Positions 1-9,880 of a stretch of 64,000 nt of DNA are shown piece after piece. A program made the position numbers and the translations under genes. The stretch comes from Candidatus Lustribacter sp. (GTDB lineage Bacteria; Vulcanimicrobiota; Vulcanimicrobiia; Vulcanimicrobiales; Vulcanimicrobiaceae). Where the stretch lies: assembly GCA_965277805.1 (NCBI GenBank), contig OZ255842.1:96001-160000 (forward strand). The letters are read 5' to 3'. Each line of letters begins with the position of its first letter. Position 1 is the stretch's first letter. The notes beneath the pieces are model-generated. The model did not search any database, was not told the DNA's origin, and saw only the letters and a list, made by a program, of their open reading frames with translations.

Positions 1-590
1 GCCGCCGGCGGTAGGCGCTCCTCATCGACGTCGACTTGCGCCTGCCCGCGTTTGGCGACTAGCGTCGTCGCGCGGGTCCCGGCGATCGAGAAGCGCGCGA
101 TGCCGGCGTCGAACAGATCCAGCGATTCGCGTGCGATTCCCCGCAGCACGAGCTCGGTCGACAGCGAGGCACGAACCCGTTCGATCGCCGTCGAGATTTG
201 GGCTTCGCGCCGCGCGCGCAATTCTTGTGCGGCCGCTTCGCCGGCGCGCTGCGCGTTATCGATGACCGCCGAACTCAAGTAGCCGACGAGCACGATCGAA
301 AGACCCGCGAGCATCCGGTCGCCGATGCCGATCGCGTCCCAATGATGGCCGGCCAGGACGCCGTTCACGTAGCCCGCGATGACGTCGCAAGCCAGTGCCG
401 CGATCACGAGCATCAAACGGAAACGGCTGCTGCCGCCGAGGCTGCTCAGTACGATCGGTACGTCGAGCAGGATCGCTGCGACAAAAAGCTGCGGCGTCAG
501 CAAATCGACGACGAACGCGGCGAGGAGCGCGAGCACGCACACGACCGGCACGAAGCGGTACGGCACGGCTTGCGCTTCCTCAATGCTCAC
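1..590 (-). CDS. Membrane sensor protein, N-terminal part only (about 4 TM segments, then a coiled helix and the start of a GAF-like domain); probable histidine kinase; runs off the left edge
   Basis: Absent from the ORF track. Hand translation from GTG at 590 (GGAGG 6 nt upstream) is open to the edge: VSIEEAQAVPYRFVPVVCVLALLAAFVVDLLTPQLFVAAILLDVPIVLSSL...RVRASLSTELVLRGIARESLDLFDAG. Hydrophobic segments are followed by a typical GAF lead-in helix. No kinase domain is visible in the window. Confidence 0.65.
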   Translation of the reverse strand, partial: MSIEEAQAVPYRFVPVVCVLALLAAFVVDLLTPQLFVAAILLDVPIVLSSLGGSSRFRLMLVIAALACDVIAGYVNGVLAGHHWDAIGIGDRMLAGLSIVLVGYLSSAVIDNAQRAGEAAAQELRARREAQISTAIERVRASLSTELVLRGIARESLDLFDAGIARFSIAGTRATTLVAKRGQAQVDVDEERLPPA

Positions 591-618
591 CGGGACCCTC
601 CGCCGAAGAAGACGCGCT

Positions 619-2703
619 ATGGAGCGTTCCGCGCGGCCGACTGCGCAAGCCTTGCTGGCCGAACTCGGTTTTCAGCCGCGGCTGACGATCTATCTTGCCG
701 GTGCGCCGGGCGCGGGAAAGACGTACCGCCTGCTCACCGACGCCAACTTTCAGCGCCGCGCCGGCCGGCGCGTGGCAATCGGCTGGATCGAAACGAAAGA
801 CCGTCCCGGCTTGGATGAACTGGCCCGCGATCTGCCGCGCATTCCGCTCAAGCGTTACGACGTGGGCGGCAGCACGTTTGAGGATTTCGACGTCGACGCC
901 GCAATCGCAAGCAACTACGAGACGATCGTGCTCGACGAACTCGCGCACTCCAACCCGCCGGGCGCGACGCACGCCAAACGCTGGCAGGACGCGCTCGCGC
1001 TGCGCGCCGCCGGGAAGTCGGTGCTCGGCGCGTTCAACATTCAACATCTCGAAACCGTCGCGCTGACGGCCGAACGGATCACCGGCCATCCGATTCGCGA
1101 GATCGTGCCGATCTCGCTGCTCAAGAGTGCCGACGGTGTGATCGCGCTCGACGTCTCGCCGGCCGTACTCGAGTCGCGTTTGCGCAGCGGGCGGATCGTC
1201 CACGACGACGATGTGGAACGCGCCGCAATGGGCGTTTTCCGGCAAAGCAATCTGCAGATGATGCGCGAGCTGCTGCTGCAAACCGTCGACGCGCTCACGA
1301 TTCCGGTCGTGAGTCCCGCGAAGACGTCGACGGCGCTCGTGATCGTGTGCGGAGACGACGATCCGGGAACCTATCTGCGCCGGGTGGGTGCGCTCGCCGA
1401 AGTGCTCGACCTTGCCGTTGAGGTGACGGTCGTCGAAGGTGCCGAGCGCCCCGACCTCGCTTCGCTCGCCCTGTCCACTGCCGAAGCCGCCGTCATCGCG
1501 CCGCCGGAGCGGCTCGCCGAGGGGCGTCTGGATAACGCGCGTGCCGCGTTCGTCGCGATTCCCAACGGCGAGTTGGCGCGCAAGATTCTCGGACGGCCGA
1601 TCGACCGCGATCTCTATATCATGGATCCGGCCCGGCCGCCGGCACCGAGCGTGGCCGACGGTGCACGGCATCCGTACGGTCAAACCGTCGGCGACCGGAT
1701 GCGCATCGGCTACGGCAAACTCACGATCTATCTCGGTTCGGTTGCCGGCAGCGGCAAAACGTACGCGATGCTCGATCGCGCGCACGATCTCATCAGCGAG
1801 GGCGTGGACGTCGTGGTCGGGTTGGTCGAGACGCACGGGCGGGTGGATACTGAGGCAAAACTGGCCGGGCTCGACGTCTTGCCGCGTTTGCCCAACGGTG
1901 AGCTGGATCGCGAAGCGATCGTCAAACGCCGGCCGCAAGTCGTGCTGATCGACGAACTCGCGCACACGAACGAACCCGGCAGTCCCTTTCCGAAGCGCTT
2001 CGACGACGTGATCGCGATCTTGCGCCAAGGCATCTCGGTGATCACGACGCTCAACATCCAGCATCTCGAAGGCTTGGGCGATGCGGTCGAACGGCTGACC
2101 GGGACGCACGTGCGTGAAACGCTGCCGGATACGATCCTCGAACTGGCCGACGACGTCATCTTCGTCGACGTGACGCCCGAGGTGCTGCGCGAGCGGTTGC
2201 GCGAGGGCAAGATCTATCCGAAGGAACGGATCGACGCGGCGCTCGCGAATTTCTTCCGGATCGAAAACCTCGCCGCACTGCGCGAACTGACCGTGCGCGA
2301 GCTGATGCGCGCCCGCCGTCAACGCCGGCATGCGCCGCCGTTCGCGCGCATCGTGCTCGGCGTGCGCGCGCGCGAGCGCGACGTCGCGCTGATCGAACGG
2401 ATGGCTCGGCTGGCGACGCGGCTTTCGGTCGAGCTGGCCGTCGTGCACGTCAGCACGCCGCGCGAGACGCCCGACGCCGGGGCGATTGAGGCGCTGCAGA
2501 AGGCGACGCGCCTGGCGCGGGCACTGTGGCTGCCTTTGGAGGGCGCGGATCCGGCGGCGGCGCTCGTCGCCGCAGCGAAAGAACTCGACACGATCGTGGT
2601 CGAGTCCCCGCGCGGTAAACGGCGCCTGTTCACGGCGCCGTCATTTGCGAATCTGTTACTGCGAGCGGGTGCGCGCGAATTGATCGCCCTCGCCCCGCAC
2701 TAA
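619..2703 (+). CDS. kdpD: KdpD-related soluble protein with two tandem KdpD N-terminal domains and Usp-like regions; no TM or kinase domain
   Basis: Two copies of the KdpD motif set: IYLAGAPGAGKTY...DELAHSN...KRWQD...NIQHLE and IYLGSVAGSGKTY...DELAHTN...KRFDD...TLNIQHLE. Adjacent to kdpABC. Start moved to ATG 619 because the upstream part overlaps the divergent gene. Confidence 0.85.
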   Translation: MERSARPTAQALLAELGFQPRLTIYLAGAPGAGKTYRLLTDANFQRRAGRRVAIGWIETKDRPGLDELARDLPRIPLKRYDVGGSTFEDFDVDAAIASNYETIVLDELAHSNPPGATHAKRWQDALALRAAGKSVLGAFNIQHLETVALTAERITGHPIREIVPISLLKSADGVIALDVSPAVLESRLRSGRIVHDDDVERAAMGVFRQSNLQMMRELLLQTVDALTIPVVSPAKTSTALVIVCGDDDPGTYLRRVGALAEVLDLAVEVTVVEGAERPDLASLALSTAEAAVIAPPERLAEGRLDNARAAFVAIPNGELARKILGRPIDRDLYIMDPARPPAPSVADGARHPYGQTVGDRMRIGYGKLTIYLGSVAGSGKTYAMLDRAHDLISEGVDVVVGLVETHGRVDTEAKLAGLDVLPRLPNGELDREAIVKRRPQVVLIDELAHTNEPGSPFPKRFDDVIAILRQGISVITTLNIQHLEGLGDAVERLTGTHVRETLPDTILELADDVIFVDVTPEVLRERLREGKIYPKERIDAALANFFRIENLAALRELTVRELMRARRQRRHAPPFARIVLGVRARERDVALIERMARLATRLSVELAVVHVSTPRETPDAGAIEALQKATRLARALWLPLEGADPAAALVAAAKELDTIVVESPRGKRRLFTAPSFANLLLRAGARELIALAPH

Positions 2704-2708
2704 GCATT

Positions 2709-3311
2709 TCACTTTGCAGCGTCCAGCGCGAGATTGAGGCTGAGGACGTTCACGCGAGGTTCGCCGAGGATGCCCAGCGTGCGTCCGAGGACGTGCGCGT
2801 CGACGATCGCTTTGATGGCGTCGGTCGTCATGTGCCGTGCAGCCGCAACGCGCGGGATCTGCCAGACGGCCGCTTCGGGCGAGATGTCCGGATCGATGCC
2901 GCTGCCGCTGCTGGTAACGAGATCGATCGGCGGTTCACCAATCGCTTGCGGGTTCGCTTTCTTGAGCGCCGCGATCGTGGCTTTGGTGGCGTCCATGAGT
3001 TTCTTCGATGTCGGCGCCAGGTTCGTACCGCCCGTGGAGGTCGGATCGTAACCCTTGCCGGCGGCCGACGGCCGGCCCTGGAAGTACTGCGGTTTCGTCC
3101 ACAGCTGGCCGATCAGCAACGAGCCGACGACTTTGCCGTTGCTCTCGACGAACGATCCGTTCGCCTGGTGCGGGAAGATCAACATGCCGATTCCGGTCAT
3201 CGCGAGGGGATAGATGATGCCGAGCGCGATGACGGTCACGATCGTGTAGAGGATCGAGGTGAGGAGATGCGAGAGCGTGTTCTCGCTCGTGGGGGCAGTG
3301 GCGGGTTGCAT
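2709..3311 (-). CDS. kdpC: K+-transporting ATPase subunit C
   Basis: IYPLAMTGIG...QANGS...GSLLIGQ...YFQGRPSA...DLVTSSGSGIDPDISP...GEPRVNVLSLNLALD. Confidence 0.97.
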   Translation of the reverse strand: MQPATAPTSENTLSHLLTSILYTIVTVIALGIIYPLAMTGIGMLIFPHQANGSFVESNGKVVGSLLIGQLWTKPQYFQGRPSAAGKGYDPTSTGGTNLAPTSKKLMDATKATIAALKKANPQAIGEPPIDLVTSSGSGIDPDISPEAAVWQIPRVAAARHMTTDAIKAIVDAHVLGRTLGILGEPRVNVLSLNLALDAAK

Positions 3312-5383
3312 TATGCGGCTCCGGTGAGATGAAGGGCTTGGAGGATGAGATCGATCGCTTTGATCCCGATGAAGGGAACGATGATGCCGCCCAAGCCGTA
3401 GATGAGGACGTTCTCGCGCAGGACGGCGTTCGCGCCACGCGGGCGGTACGCCACGCCGCGCAGGGCGAGCGGAATAAGCGCGATGATGATGAGCGCATTG
3501 AAGATCACCGCCGAGAGGATCGCGCTCTGCGGCGTTGCGAGATGCATGATGTTCAACGCGCTCATCTCGGGATACGTCGCCACGAACATCGCGGGGAGGA
3601 TGGCGAAGTACTTGGCAACGTCGTTCGCGATCGAGAACGTCGTCAGGGCGCCGCGCGTCATCAACAATTGCTTGCCGACTTCGACGACTTCGATCAACTT
3701 CGTGGGATCGGAGTCGAGGTCGACCATGTTGCCCGCCTCTTTCGCAGCTTGCGTGCCGGAATTCATCGCCACGCCGACGTCGGCTTGCGCGAGCGCCGGT
3801 GCGTCGTTGGTGCCGTCGCCGGTCATCGCGACGAGTCGCCCGGACGCTTGCTCGCGCTTGATCAGCGCCATCTTCGTTTCGGGCGTGGCCTCAGCGAGGA
3901 AATCGTCCACCCCCGCTTCGCCCGCGATGGCACTCGCGGTCAGCGGGTTGTCGCCGGTGATCATGATCGTGCGGATGCCCATCGCGCGCAGGCGATCGAA
4001 CCGTACCTTCATGTTCGGTTTGAGAATGTCTTTGAGTGCGATCACCGCGAGCAAACCGTGTTCGTCGGCCAGCAGCAGCGGGGTTCCGCCGGCGCGCGCG
4101 ATGCGCTCGATTTGCGCATCCAGCTGAGGTGCGATTGCGCTGGCGCTTTGCTCGGTGACCCATGCGCGCACCGCATCCGGCGCGCCCTTGCGGATCTTGC
4201 GCCCGTCGGCGAAGTCGAGTCCGCTCATGCGCGTGTAGGCGCTGAACGGTACGAACGACGCACCGGCGGGAAGTTCGGGCCGTGCATCGCCGTAGAGCTG
4301 CGTGTCGGCCGAGAGGCCGGCGTGGGGCGCCGCAAACACGACGATCGAACGGCCTTCCGGCGTTTCGTCGGCCAGTGAGGAGTAGTACGCCGCTTTGTAG
4401 GCCCGCGGAGCGTCCACGCCGTCGGCGATGATGACCTCGCTGGCTTGACGGTTGCCGAGCGTGATCGTACCGGTCTTGTCGAGCAGCAGGGTATCGACGT
4501 CGCCGGCGGCTTCGACCGCGCGGCCGCTCATCGCCAGGACGTTCCGCTGCAGCACACGGTCCATGCCGGCGATGCCGATGGCCGAGAGCAGTCCGCCGAT
4601 GGTGGTCGGGATGAGACAGACGAGCAAGGCGATGAGCACGACGATGCTTGGCTTGGCGCCGGCATAGATGGTGAACGGTGCCAACGTGGCGACCGCGATG
4701 AGGAAGACGATCGTCAAGCCGGCGAGCAAGATCGAGAGCGCGATCTCGTTGGGCGTCTTCTGACGCTGCGCGCCTTCGACGAGCGAGATCATGCGATCGA
4801 GGAACGACTCGCCGGGATTCGCGCCGACGACGAACACGATTTCATCCGAGAGCACGCGGGTGCCGCCGGTGACCGAGCTGCGGTCGCCGCCGGCTTCGCG
4901 AATGACGGGCGCCGATTCGCCGGTGATGGCGGACTCGTCGACCGTGGCCGCGCCTTCGACGATTTCGCCGTCGGCGGGGATCAACTCGCCCGCGATGACG
5001 CGGACGCGATCGCCTTTGCGCAACTCGGTCGCGCTTACCGGCGTGACCGTTCCGTTGACGACGCGCTGAGCGATCGTCTCCGTTTTCGTGCGCCGCAAGA
5101 ACTCGGCTTGCGCTTTACCGCGGCCTTCGGCCACAGCCTCGGCGAAGTTGGCGAACACGACCGTGAACCAGAGCCAGATGGAAATTGCGATGTCGAAGCC
5201 GAGTTTGCCGTTGCCGGCCATGGCATCATGGATCGCGTAGATCAGCGTGACGAGCGCGCCGACTTCGCAGATGAACATAACGGGGTTCTTGAGCTGCACG
5301 CGGGGGTCGAGTTTCTGGAACGAAGCGACAATCGCCGGCCCCAAAATCTCGCCGTCGAACAGCGACCGTGAACGCGATACCAT
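3311..5383 (-). CDS. kdpB: K+-transporting ATPase subunit B (P-type ATPase)
   Basis: DKTGT phosphorylation motif, [22 protein letters not shown]. Start set at ATG 5383, just after the kdpA stop. Confidence 0.98.
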   Translation of the reverse strand: MVSRSRSLFDGEILGPAIVASFQKLDPRVQLKNPVMFICEVGALVTLIYAIHDAMAGNGKLGFDIAISIWLWFTVVFANFAEAVAEGRGKAQAEFLRRTKTETIAQRVVNGTVTPVSATELRKGDRVRVIAGELIPADGEIVEGAATVDESAITGESAPVIREAGGDRSSVTGGTRVLSDEIVFVVGANPGESFLDRMISLVEGAQRQKTPNEIALSILLAGLTIVFLIAVATLAPFTIYAGAKPSIVVLIALLVCLIPTTIGGLLSAIGIAGMDRVLQRNVLAMSGRAVEAAGDVDTLLLDKTGTITLGNRQASEVIIADGVDAPRAYKAAYYSSLADETPEGRSIVVFAAPHAGLSADTQLYGDARPELPAGASFVPFSAYTRMSGLDFADGRKIRKGAPDAVRAWVTEQSASAIAPQLDAQIERIARAGGTPLLLADEHGLLAVIALKDILKPNMKVRFDRLRAMGIRTIMITGDNPLTASAIAGEAGVDDFLAEATPETKMALIKREQASGRLVAMTGDGTNDAPALAQADVGVAMNSGTQAAKEAGNMVDLDSDPTKLIEVVEVGKQLLMTRGALTTFSIANDVAKYFAILPAMFVATYPEMSALNIMHLATPQSAILSAVIFNALIIIALIPLALRGVAYRPRGANAVLRENVLIYGLGGIIVPFIGIKAIDLILQALHLTGAA

Positions 5384-5384
5384 G

Positions 5385-7085
5385 TTAGAACGTCTTCCCT
5401 TGATAAAGCTGCAGGTGTTCGACGATCGGTCCCAGCGCATCGGCCGGGAAGAACGTCAGCGCACCGACGATGAGGAGCACGCCGATCAACAGCACGACGA
5501 AGACCGGTGAGGTCGTCGTGAACGTGCCGGCCGTCGTAGCGATGGCCTTCTTGCCGGCCAGCGAGCCGGCGAGTGCAACGATCGCGACGATCTCGGCGAA
5601 GCGGCCGAAGAACATCGAGATGCCGGTCCAGAAGTCGTAGAACGTGTTGCCGCTCAGGCCCCCGAATGCCGAGCCGTTGTTGCCCGTTGCCGACGAGAAC
5701 GCATAGAGGATCTCGGAGAACCCGTGCGCCCCGTTGTTGCTGAGCGTGGCGAGTCCGTCTTTCGCGACCGACGCGATGCCGGTCGGAACGAGCGTGAACA
5801 CCGGAACGACGAGCAGGGCGAGCATCGCGAACTGCACTTCGCGCCGTTCGATCTTCTTGCCAAGATACTCCGGTGTTCGCCCGACCATGAGCCCCGCGAT
5901 GAATACCGTGAGCACGACGAATTCGAGGATGCCGTACAGGCCCGCGCCGACGCCGCCGAAGATGTTCTCGCCGAGCTGGATGTTCAGCATCGGAATCAAG
6001 CCGCCCAGCGGCATGAACGAATCGTGTTGCGCGTTAACGCAGCCGCAGCTCGTGGCGGTCGTGCTGACCGCGAACAGCGCGGACGCACCGACGCCGAAGC
6101 GGACGTCCTTGCCTTCCATGTTGCCGCCGCTGACGCCCATCGCGTGAACGAGCGGGTTGCCCGCGCCTTCCGCGCCCGATGCGATCACCAAACCGCAGGC
6201 CCAAATGAGCGACATCGCGACGAACAGCGCCCACCCTTGCCGCTGATCTTTCGCGTAGCGCCCGTACGTATACGTGAGAGCGGCCGGGATCAACAGGAAC
6301 AGCCACATCTCGAGCATGTTGGTGAACGGGTTGGGGTTCTCGTTCGGTGAGATCGAATTGGCGCCGACGAAGCCGCCCCCGTTGGTGCCGAGTTCCTTGA
6401 TGGCTTCCATCGAAGCCATCGGGCCGCCGGTAATCGACTGCGAGAAGCCCTCGAGACTCTTCACCGGCGCGTACGCCGCGAAGTTTTGCGGCACGCCCTG
6501 GAAGATCAGCACGAGGCCGGCCACGACCGAAATCGGGACGAGGATGTAGAGCATCGAACGCGTGAGGTCGACCCAAAAATTTCCGAGCGACTTCCCGTCG
6601 GTGCGCACGAAACCGCGAACGACCGCAATTGCGATCGCGATACCGGCGCCGGCCGACACGAACATGTGCCATGCCAGTCCGGCCATTTGCGTAAAGTAGC
6701 TCAGCGTCGACTCACCCGAGTAGAACTGCCAGTTGGTGTTCGTCAGGAAGCTGATCGCCGTGTTGAAGGCGAGGTCGGGCGCGACGTTGCCGAACCCCTG
6801 CGGGTTGAACGGCAGCCATGCTTGCGTGCGCAGCAACGTGTACAGATACACGAAGCCGACGAGGCTAAAACCCATCACCGCAAACAGGTAGGATTTCCAG
6901 CCCATCTCGCTTTCGGGATTGATCCGGCAGACTTTGTAGATTGCCGATTCGATCGGAACCATCACCGGCGAGAGGAAGGTGCGTTCGCCCATGAAAACGC
7001 GCGCCATGAAACCGCCAAATGGTTTCACGCACACGAGCACGAGCAGAAAATAGAGCAGGTCTTGAAGCCAGCCGGCTGTCGTCAT
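5385..7085 (-). CDS. kdpA: K+-transporting ATPase subunit A
   Basis: [51 protein letters not shown]. Confidence 0.98.
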   Translation of the reverse strand: MTTAGWLQDLLYFLLVLVCVKPFGGFMARVFMGERTFLSPVMVPIESAIYKVCRINPESEMGWKSYLFAVMGFSLVGFVYLYTLLRTQAWLPFNPQGFGNVAPDLAFNTAISFLTNTNWQFYSGESTLSYFTQMAGLAWHMFVSAGAGIAIAIAVVRGFVRTDGKSLGNFWVDLTRSMLYILVPISVVAGLVLIFQGVPQNFAAYAPVKSLEGFSQSITGGPMASMEAIKELGTNGGGFVGANSISPNENPNPFTNMLEMWLFLLIPAALTYTYGRYAKDQRQGWALFVAMSLIWACGLVIASGAEGAGNPLVHAMGVSGGNMEGKDVRFGVGASALFAVSTTATSCGCVNAQHDSFMPLGGLIPMLNIQLGENIFGGVGAGLYGILEFVVLTVFIAGLMVGRTPEYLGKKIERREVQFAMLALLVVPVFTLVPTGIASVAKDGLATLSNNGAHGFSEILYAFSSATGNNGSAFGGLSGNTFYDFWTGISMFFGRFAEIVAIVALAGSLAGKKAIATTAGTFTTTSPVFVVLLIGVLLIVGALTFFPADALGPIVEHLQLYQGKTF

Positions 7086-7175
7086 TTAGAATCGCTCCGG
7101 CCGCAGCATCGCGACAAGCAAATACACGAGTGAGGCGACCGAAAGCAACAGCCCCATCCAAAGTTCGGGCGTCAT
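7086..7175 (-). CDS. kdpF: K+-transporting ATPase subunit F (29 aa)
   Basis: MTPELWMGLLLSVASLVYLLVAMLRPERF: YL..A...PERF signature, abutting kdpA. Confidence 0.92.
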   Translation of the reverse strand: MTPELWMGLLLSVASLVYLLVAMLRPERF

Positions 7176-7261
7176 ATCTTTTCGGCACCCCGTACGTAGA
7201 GGTCGATGAGGGCGAAGAACACGACGATCGCCACGATCAACCCAATTTCGAGTAAAATCAC
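7172..7261 (-). CDS. Small hydrophobic peptide (29 aa) upstream of kdpF
   Basis: Hand translation from GTG 7261: MILLEIGLIVAIVVFFALIDLYVRGAEKI. One TM helix. Its TGA overlaps the kdpF ATG (ATGA), and TATGCT lies 6 nt upstream. Confidence 0.75.
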   Translation of the reverse strand: MILLEIGLIVAIVVFFALIDLYVRGAEKI

Positions 7262-7399
7262 GGGTCAAGCATAGACCCGGCTGGGGCCGGACGTAAGCCT
7301 CCGAACGGATGAGCCGAATGGCTGCGCTGCTTTTCAACCGTTCGGACGACCGCCGAACGGCGGCTTACCAGCGCCGACCGCACCCGCTAGGCTTGAGAC

Positions 7400-7612
7400 A
7401 TGCCTAGCGTTTCCCGGATTCGCCGCCACATGTCCCTTGCTCACGTCATCGAGGGCGAACTCGATGGCTCAAACCGGCGCCGTTACGAGCACTCCGTCAA
7501 GGAGCACCTTACGGCATCGAAGATGACGGTGCTCATCGACGAGCGCGAGGCCGATCACGTCGTCAGCGTCTTTTCGCGCTTCCCCCGGCCGGCAAGCCGC
7601 AGCGTCGCCTAA
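7400..7612 (+). CDS. Small hypothetical protein (70 aa) divergent from kdp
   Basis: Fills the intergenic gap; TAGGCT lies 6 nt before the ATG; no recognised domain. Confidence 0.45.
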   Translation: MPSVSRIRRHMSLAHVIEGELDGSNRRRYEHSVKEHLTASKMTVLIDEREADHVVSVFSRFPRPASRSVA

Positions 7613-7754
7613 AGAGCCATGGTAACGTGGCTCATCGTGGTGGTCTCGGGACTCTTCATGACGGTATTGTGTGCTCTACTCACCGCGATGCGTAATGTCG
7701 ATGTTGCTGCTGTGGCGCATGATAATGAACGGCAGAGGAGATCGAGTCCCGACG

Positions 7755-8705
7755 TTACTTCGGCGGCGACCAGAGGATCTCGCTTGCCGGAAAGCTCTTT
7801 GCGAGGACGCCGTACTTGACCGAGGCATCGATCACCGGCTGAATTTGAGCCGGATCGAGAGAGCTCGAATTCACTGCCCGAGCCATCGAGTGCATCAGCG
7901 CCGGGTCGATCTTCGAGTACTTGATCAGGATGTCGCCGGACTCGCTCTGGTGCGCGTTCGCCCACACGCTCGCTTTGACGACCGCCGCGGTAAAGCGCTT
8001 CGCGACGTCGACGTGCGTTTGCAGCCACGACGACATCGCGCCCCAGGCCACGGTGACGAAACTCGGCGCGATGGCCTCCTCCGGATCGGCGATGATGCGG
8101 CCCGAGGCTTTCGCCGCGGTGAGGAACGGCTCGGTCGTGATCACCGCATCGACGGTATGCGCGGCGAGCGCGGCGCCCATTTGCGGAAACGGCAATTCGA
8201 CGAACTTCAGCGTTTTGGAATCCCCGCCGTGCTTATCGACCCAGCTCATCGCGAGCACTTGCTGGATCGACTTGACGGCGAGAATGCCGATCGTCTTGCC
8301 GTTGAGGTCCGCGGCCGCCTTCACCGTTGAATCTTTCGGCACCATGACGGCGGTCGCTTCGACCTTCGACGAGGTACTGACTGACGGTGCGAACAGCTTG
8401 AAGTCGAAGCCGTTCAGGTGCCCCTGCGCGGTCGCCGTGACGACCGATTGCGCGACGTCGATCGCGCCGGACGTCAACGCCGCGGCCGAGGCCGAACCGT
8501 TGGGCAATGGCGTGATCTGCACGTCGAGGCCGGCATCCTTGAAATAGCCCAAATCGAGAGCGAAGAAGACGTTGCCGCTGTTGTCGGTCGGCAGCGCGCC
8601 GACTTTGACCACAGTTAGCGGCGTCTGCGCCATTGCGGCCAGTGGTGCAACGGCGAGGACGAACGCGGCGAATATCGGCCCAAGCGGACGGTAAGCGTTT
8701 TTCAA
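7755..8705 (-). CDS. ABC transporter substrate-binding protein, NMT1/SsuA/TauA-like
   Basis: TTG at 8705 with AAGGAG upstream, overlapping the stop of the previous gene. Signal peptide (..FAAFVLAVAPLAAMA). GYFKDAGLDVQI, DLNGKTIG, VDAVITTEPF. Confidence 0.88.
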   Translation of the reverse strand: MKNAYRPLGPIFAAFVLAVAPLAAMAQTPLTVVKVGALPTDNSGNVFFALDLGYFKDAGLDVQITPLPNGSASAAALTSGAIDVAQSVVTATAQGHLNGFDFKLFAPSVSTSSKVEATAVMVPKDSTVKAAADLNGKTIGILAVKSIQQVLAMSWVDKHGGDSKTLKFVELPFPQMGAALAAHTVDAVITTEPFLTAAKASGRIIADPEEAIAPSFVTVAWGAMSSWLQTHVDVAKRFTAAVVKASVWANAHQSESGDILIKYSKIDPALMHSMARAVNSSSLDPAQIQPVIDASVKYGVLAKSFPASEILWSPPK

Positions 8706-9880
8706 GTAACGGCACTCCTTCGGTAGACGACGCCGGTGAAACCAGGAATGAAGACGCCGGCCGGGTCGTTTCCGGCGGCGACGAGCTGATCGATGATATA
8801 GTGCGCGGCCGCGTTGGAGACGAGTTGCGCCGGGTCTTCCATCACGACGCGCAGGCGCGTGATCAGCCCGCGCCGATCGTGCAGTGACGCCAAGGCGGGC
8901 ATTGCGTCGACGCGCTCGGTCGTAGCGTCGATCACCGGTGCCGCGGGCACGGTCGCGCGGTAGCCGGGATATCCGGCGAACATTTCGCGCGCCAGGTCCG
9001 TGCTCGCGCGCGTGCGGTTCCACATCTCGCGGTACTCTGCATTGAGCTTCGCGGCGTGGGCGGTATCGGTGACGTCATCGGCGACGAAGGAAGGCGCGAA
9101 GGGTGCGATCAGCACGCGCTCTGCGGCCAGCCGCTCGCTCGAAGCGCGCCACAGAATATGGCACATGTTGTTGGTGGCCCAGGTGACGCCCGCGGTCGCG
9201 CGTCCCGTGCGTCCGGCCAGCAGCACCATCGCGCGCTCCCACGCGACGTCGTGCCCGCGCAGCCAGGCGATGATGCGCTGCACGATGTCGATGAAGGCGA
9301 GACCGAACGTTCCCGCCATCATGTCGTTCATCGCCACCGGTACGTCCGGCGAATCGAGCGGATCTAAAAAGCGCTCGCGTACCGCGCTGAAGTCGAGTAG
9401 CGATTCGTTGTCGAGGGCGGCGCGCAAGTAATCGCGCGTGACGATGCACGTATAATCGGTCAGCTCCGCGATTTCGCTCTCGAGGTTGCGCCAGGCGTTT
9501 ACCTCGAGCGCGCGCCAGTAGGCGGCATCGTTGATCGCGAGCACCGCGTCCACATGCTCCAGGAGGCGAGCCGCGTCGTCGCGCCAGCCCGGATCACCGA
9601 GTTCACGTAGGCGCGCGAGCCAGGGAACGGCCGTACCGAGATGCGAGACCGCGGTGATCTCAATGAAGCCGCGCGTGGCGTGCCGGAAACTCTCGATCTG
9701 CGGCGGCCGTCCGTCGCCGGGAAAGTACGCAACGTCGTTTCCGGTGGCGACGAGCAGCGGATCGCCGGCGCTGGCGAGCGTCATCCGCCGTCCGAGATGC
9801 GCGCCGATGCTCTCCGGGTCCGAGGTGTAGGCCGCGAACAGCCCGCGAAACGCCGGATGCGGCGCGTACGGCTGCTTCAC
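8702..9880 (-). CDS. Uncharacterised protein (about 392 aa), tentatively DUF5624-like
   Basis: GTG start overlaps the upstream TGA. Motifs DPLLVATGND, TRGFIEITAVSHLG, GRATAGVTWATN, RLRVVMEDPAQLVSN. The family name is from recall only. Confidence 0.7.
   Translation of the reverse strand: MKQPYAPHPAFRGLFAAYTSDPESIGAHLGRRMTLASAGDPLLVATGNDVAYFPGDGRPPQIESFRHATRGFIEITAVSHLGTAVPWLARLRELGDPGWRDDAARLLEHVDAVLAINDAAYWRALEVNAWRNLESEIAELTDYTCIVTRDYLRAALDNESLLDFSAVRERFLDPLDSPDVPVAMNDMMAGTFGLAFIDIVQRIIAWLRGHDVAWERAMVLLAGRTGRATAGVTWATNNMCHILWRASSERLAAERVLIAPFAPSFVADDVTDTAHAAKLNAEYREMWNRTRASTDLAREMFAGYPGYRATVPAAPVIDATTERVDAMPALASLHDRRGLITRLRVVMEDPAQLVSNAAAHYIIDQLVAAGNDPAGVFIPGFTGVVYRRSAVT

Noticed and set aside
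7262-7399. Possible c-di-AMP (ydaO) riboswitch upstream of kdp
   Set aside because: No recognisable conserved core, and the operon appears leaderless.
7619-7819. 66-aa ORF with a hydrophobic N-terminus (MVTWLIVVVSGLF...)
   Set aside because: Overlaps the 3' end of the convergent SBP gene by 65 bp and has no recognisable family; possible but unsupported.
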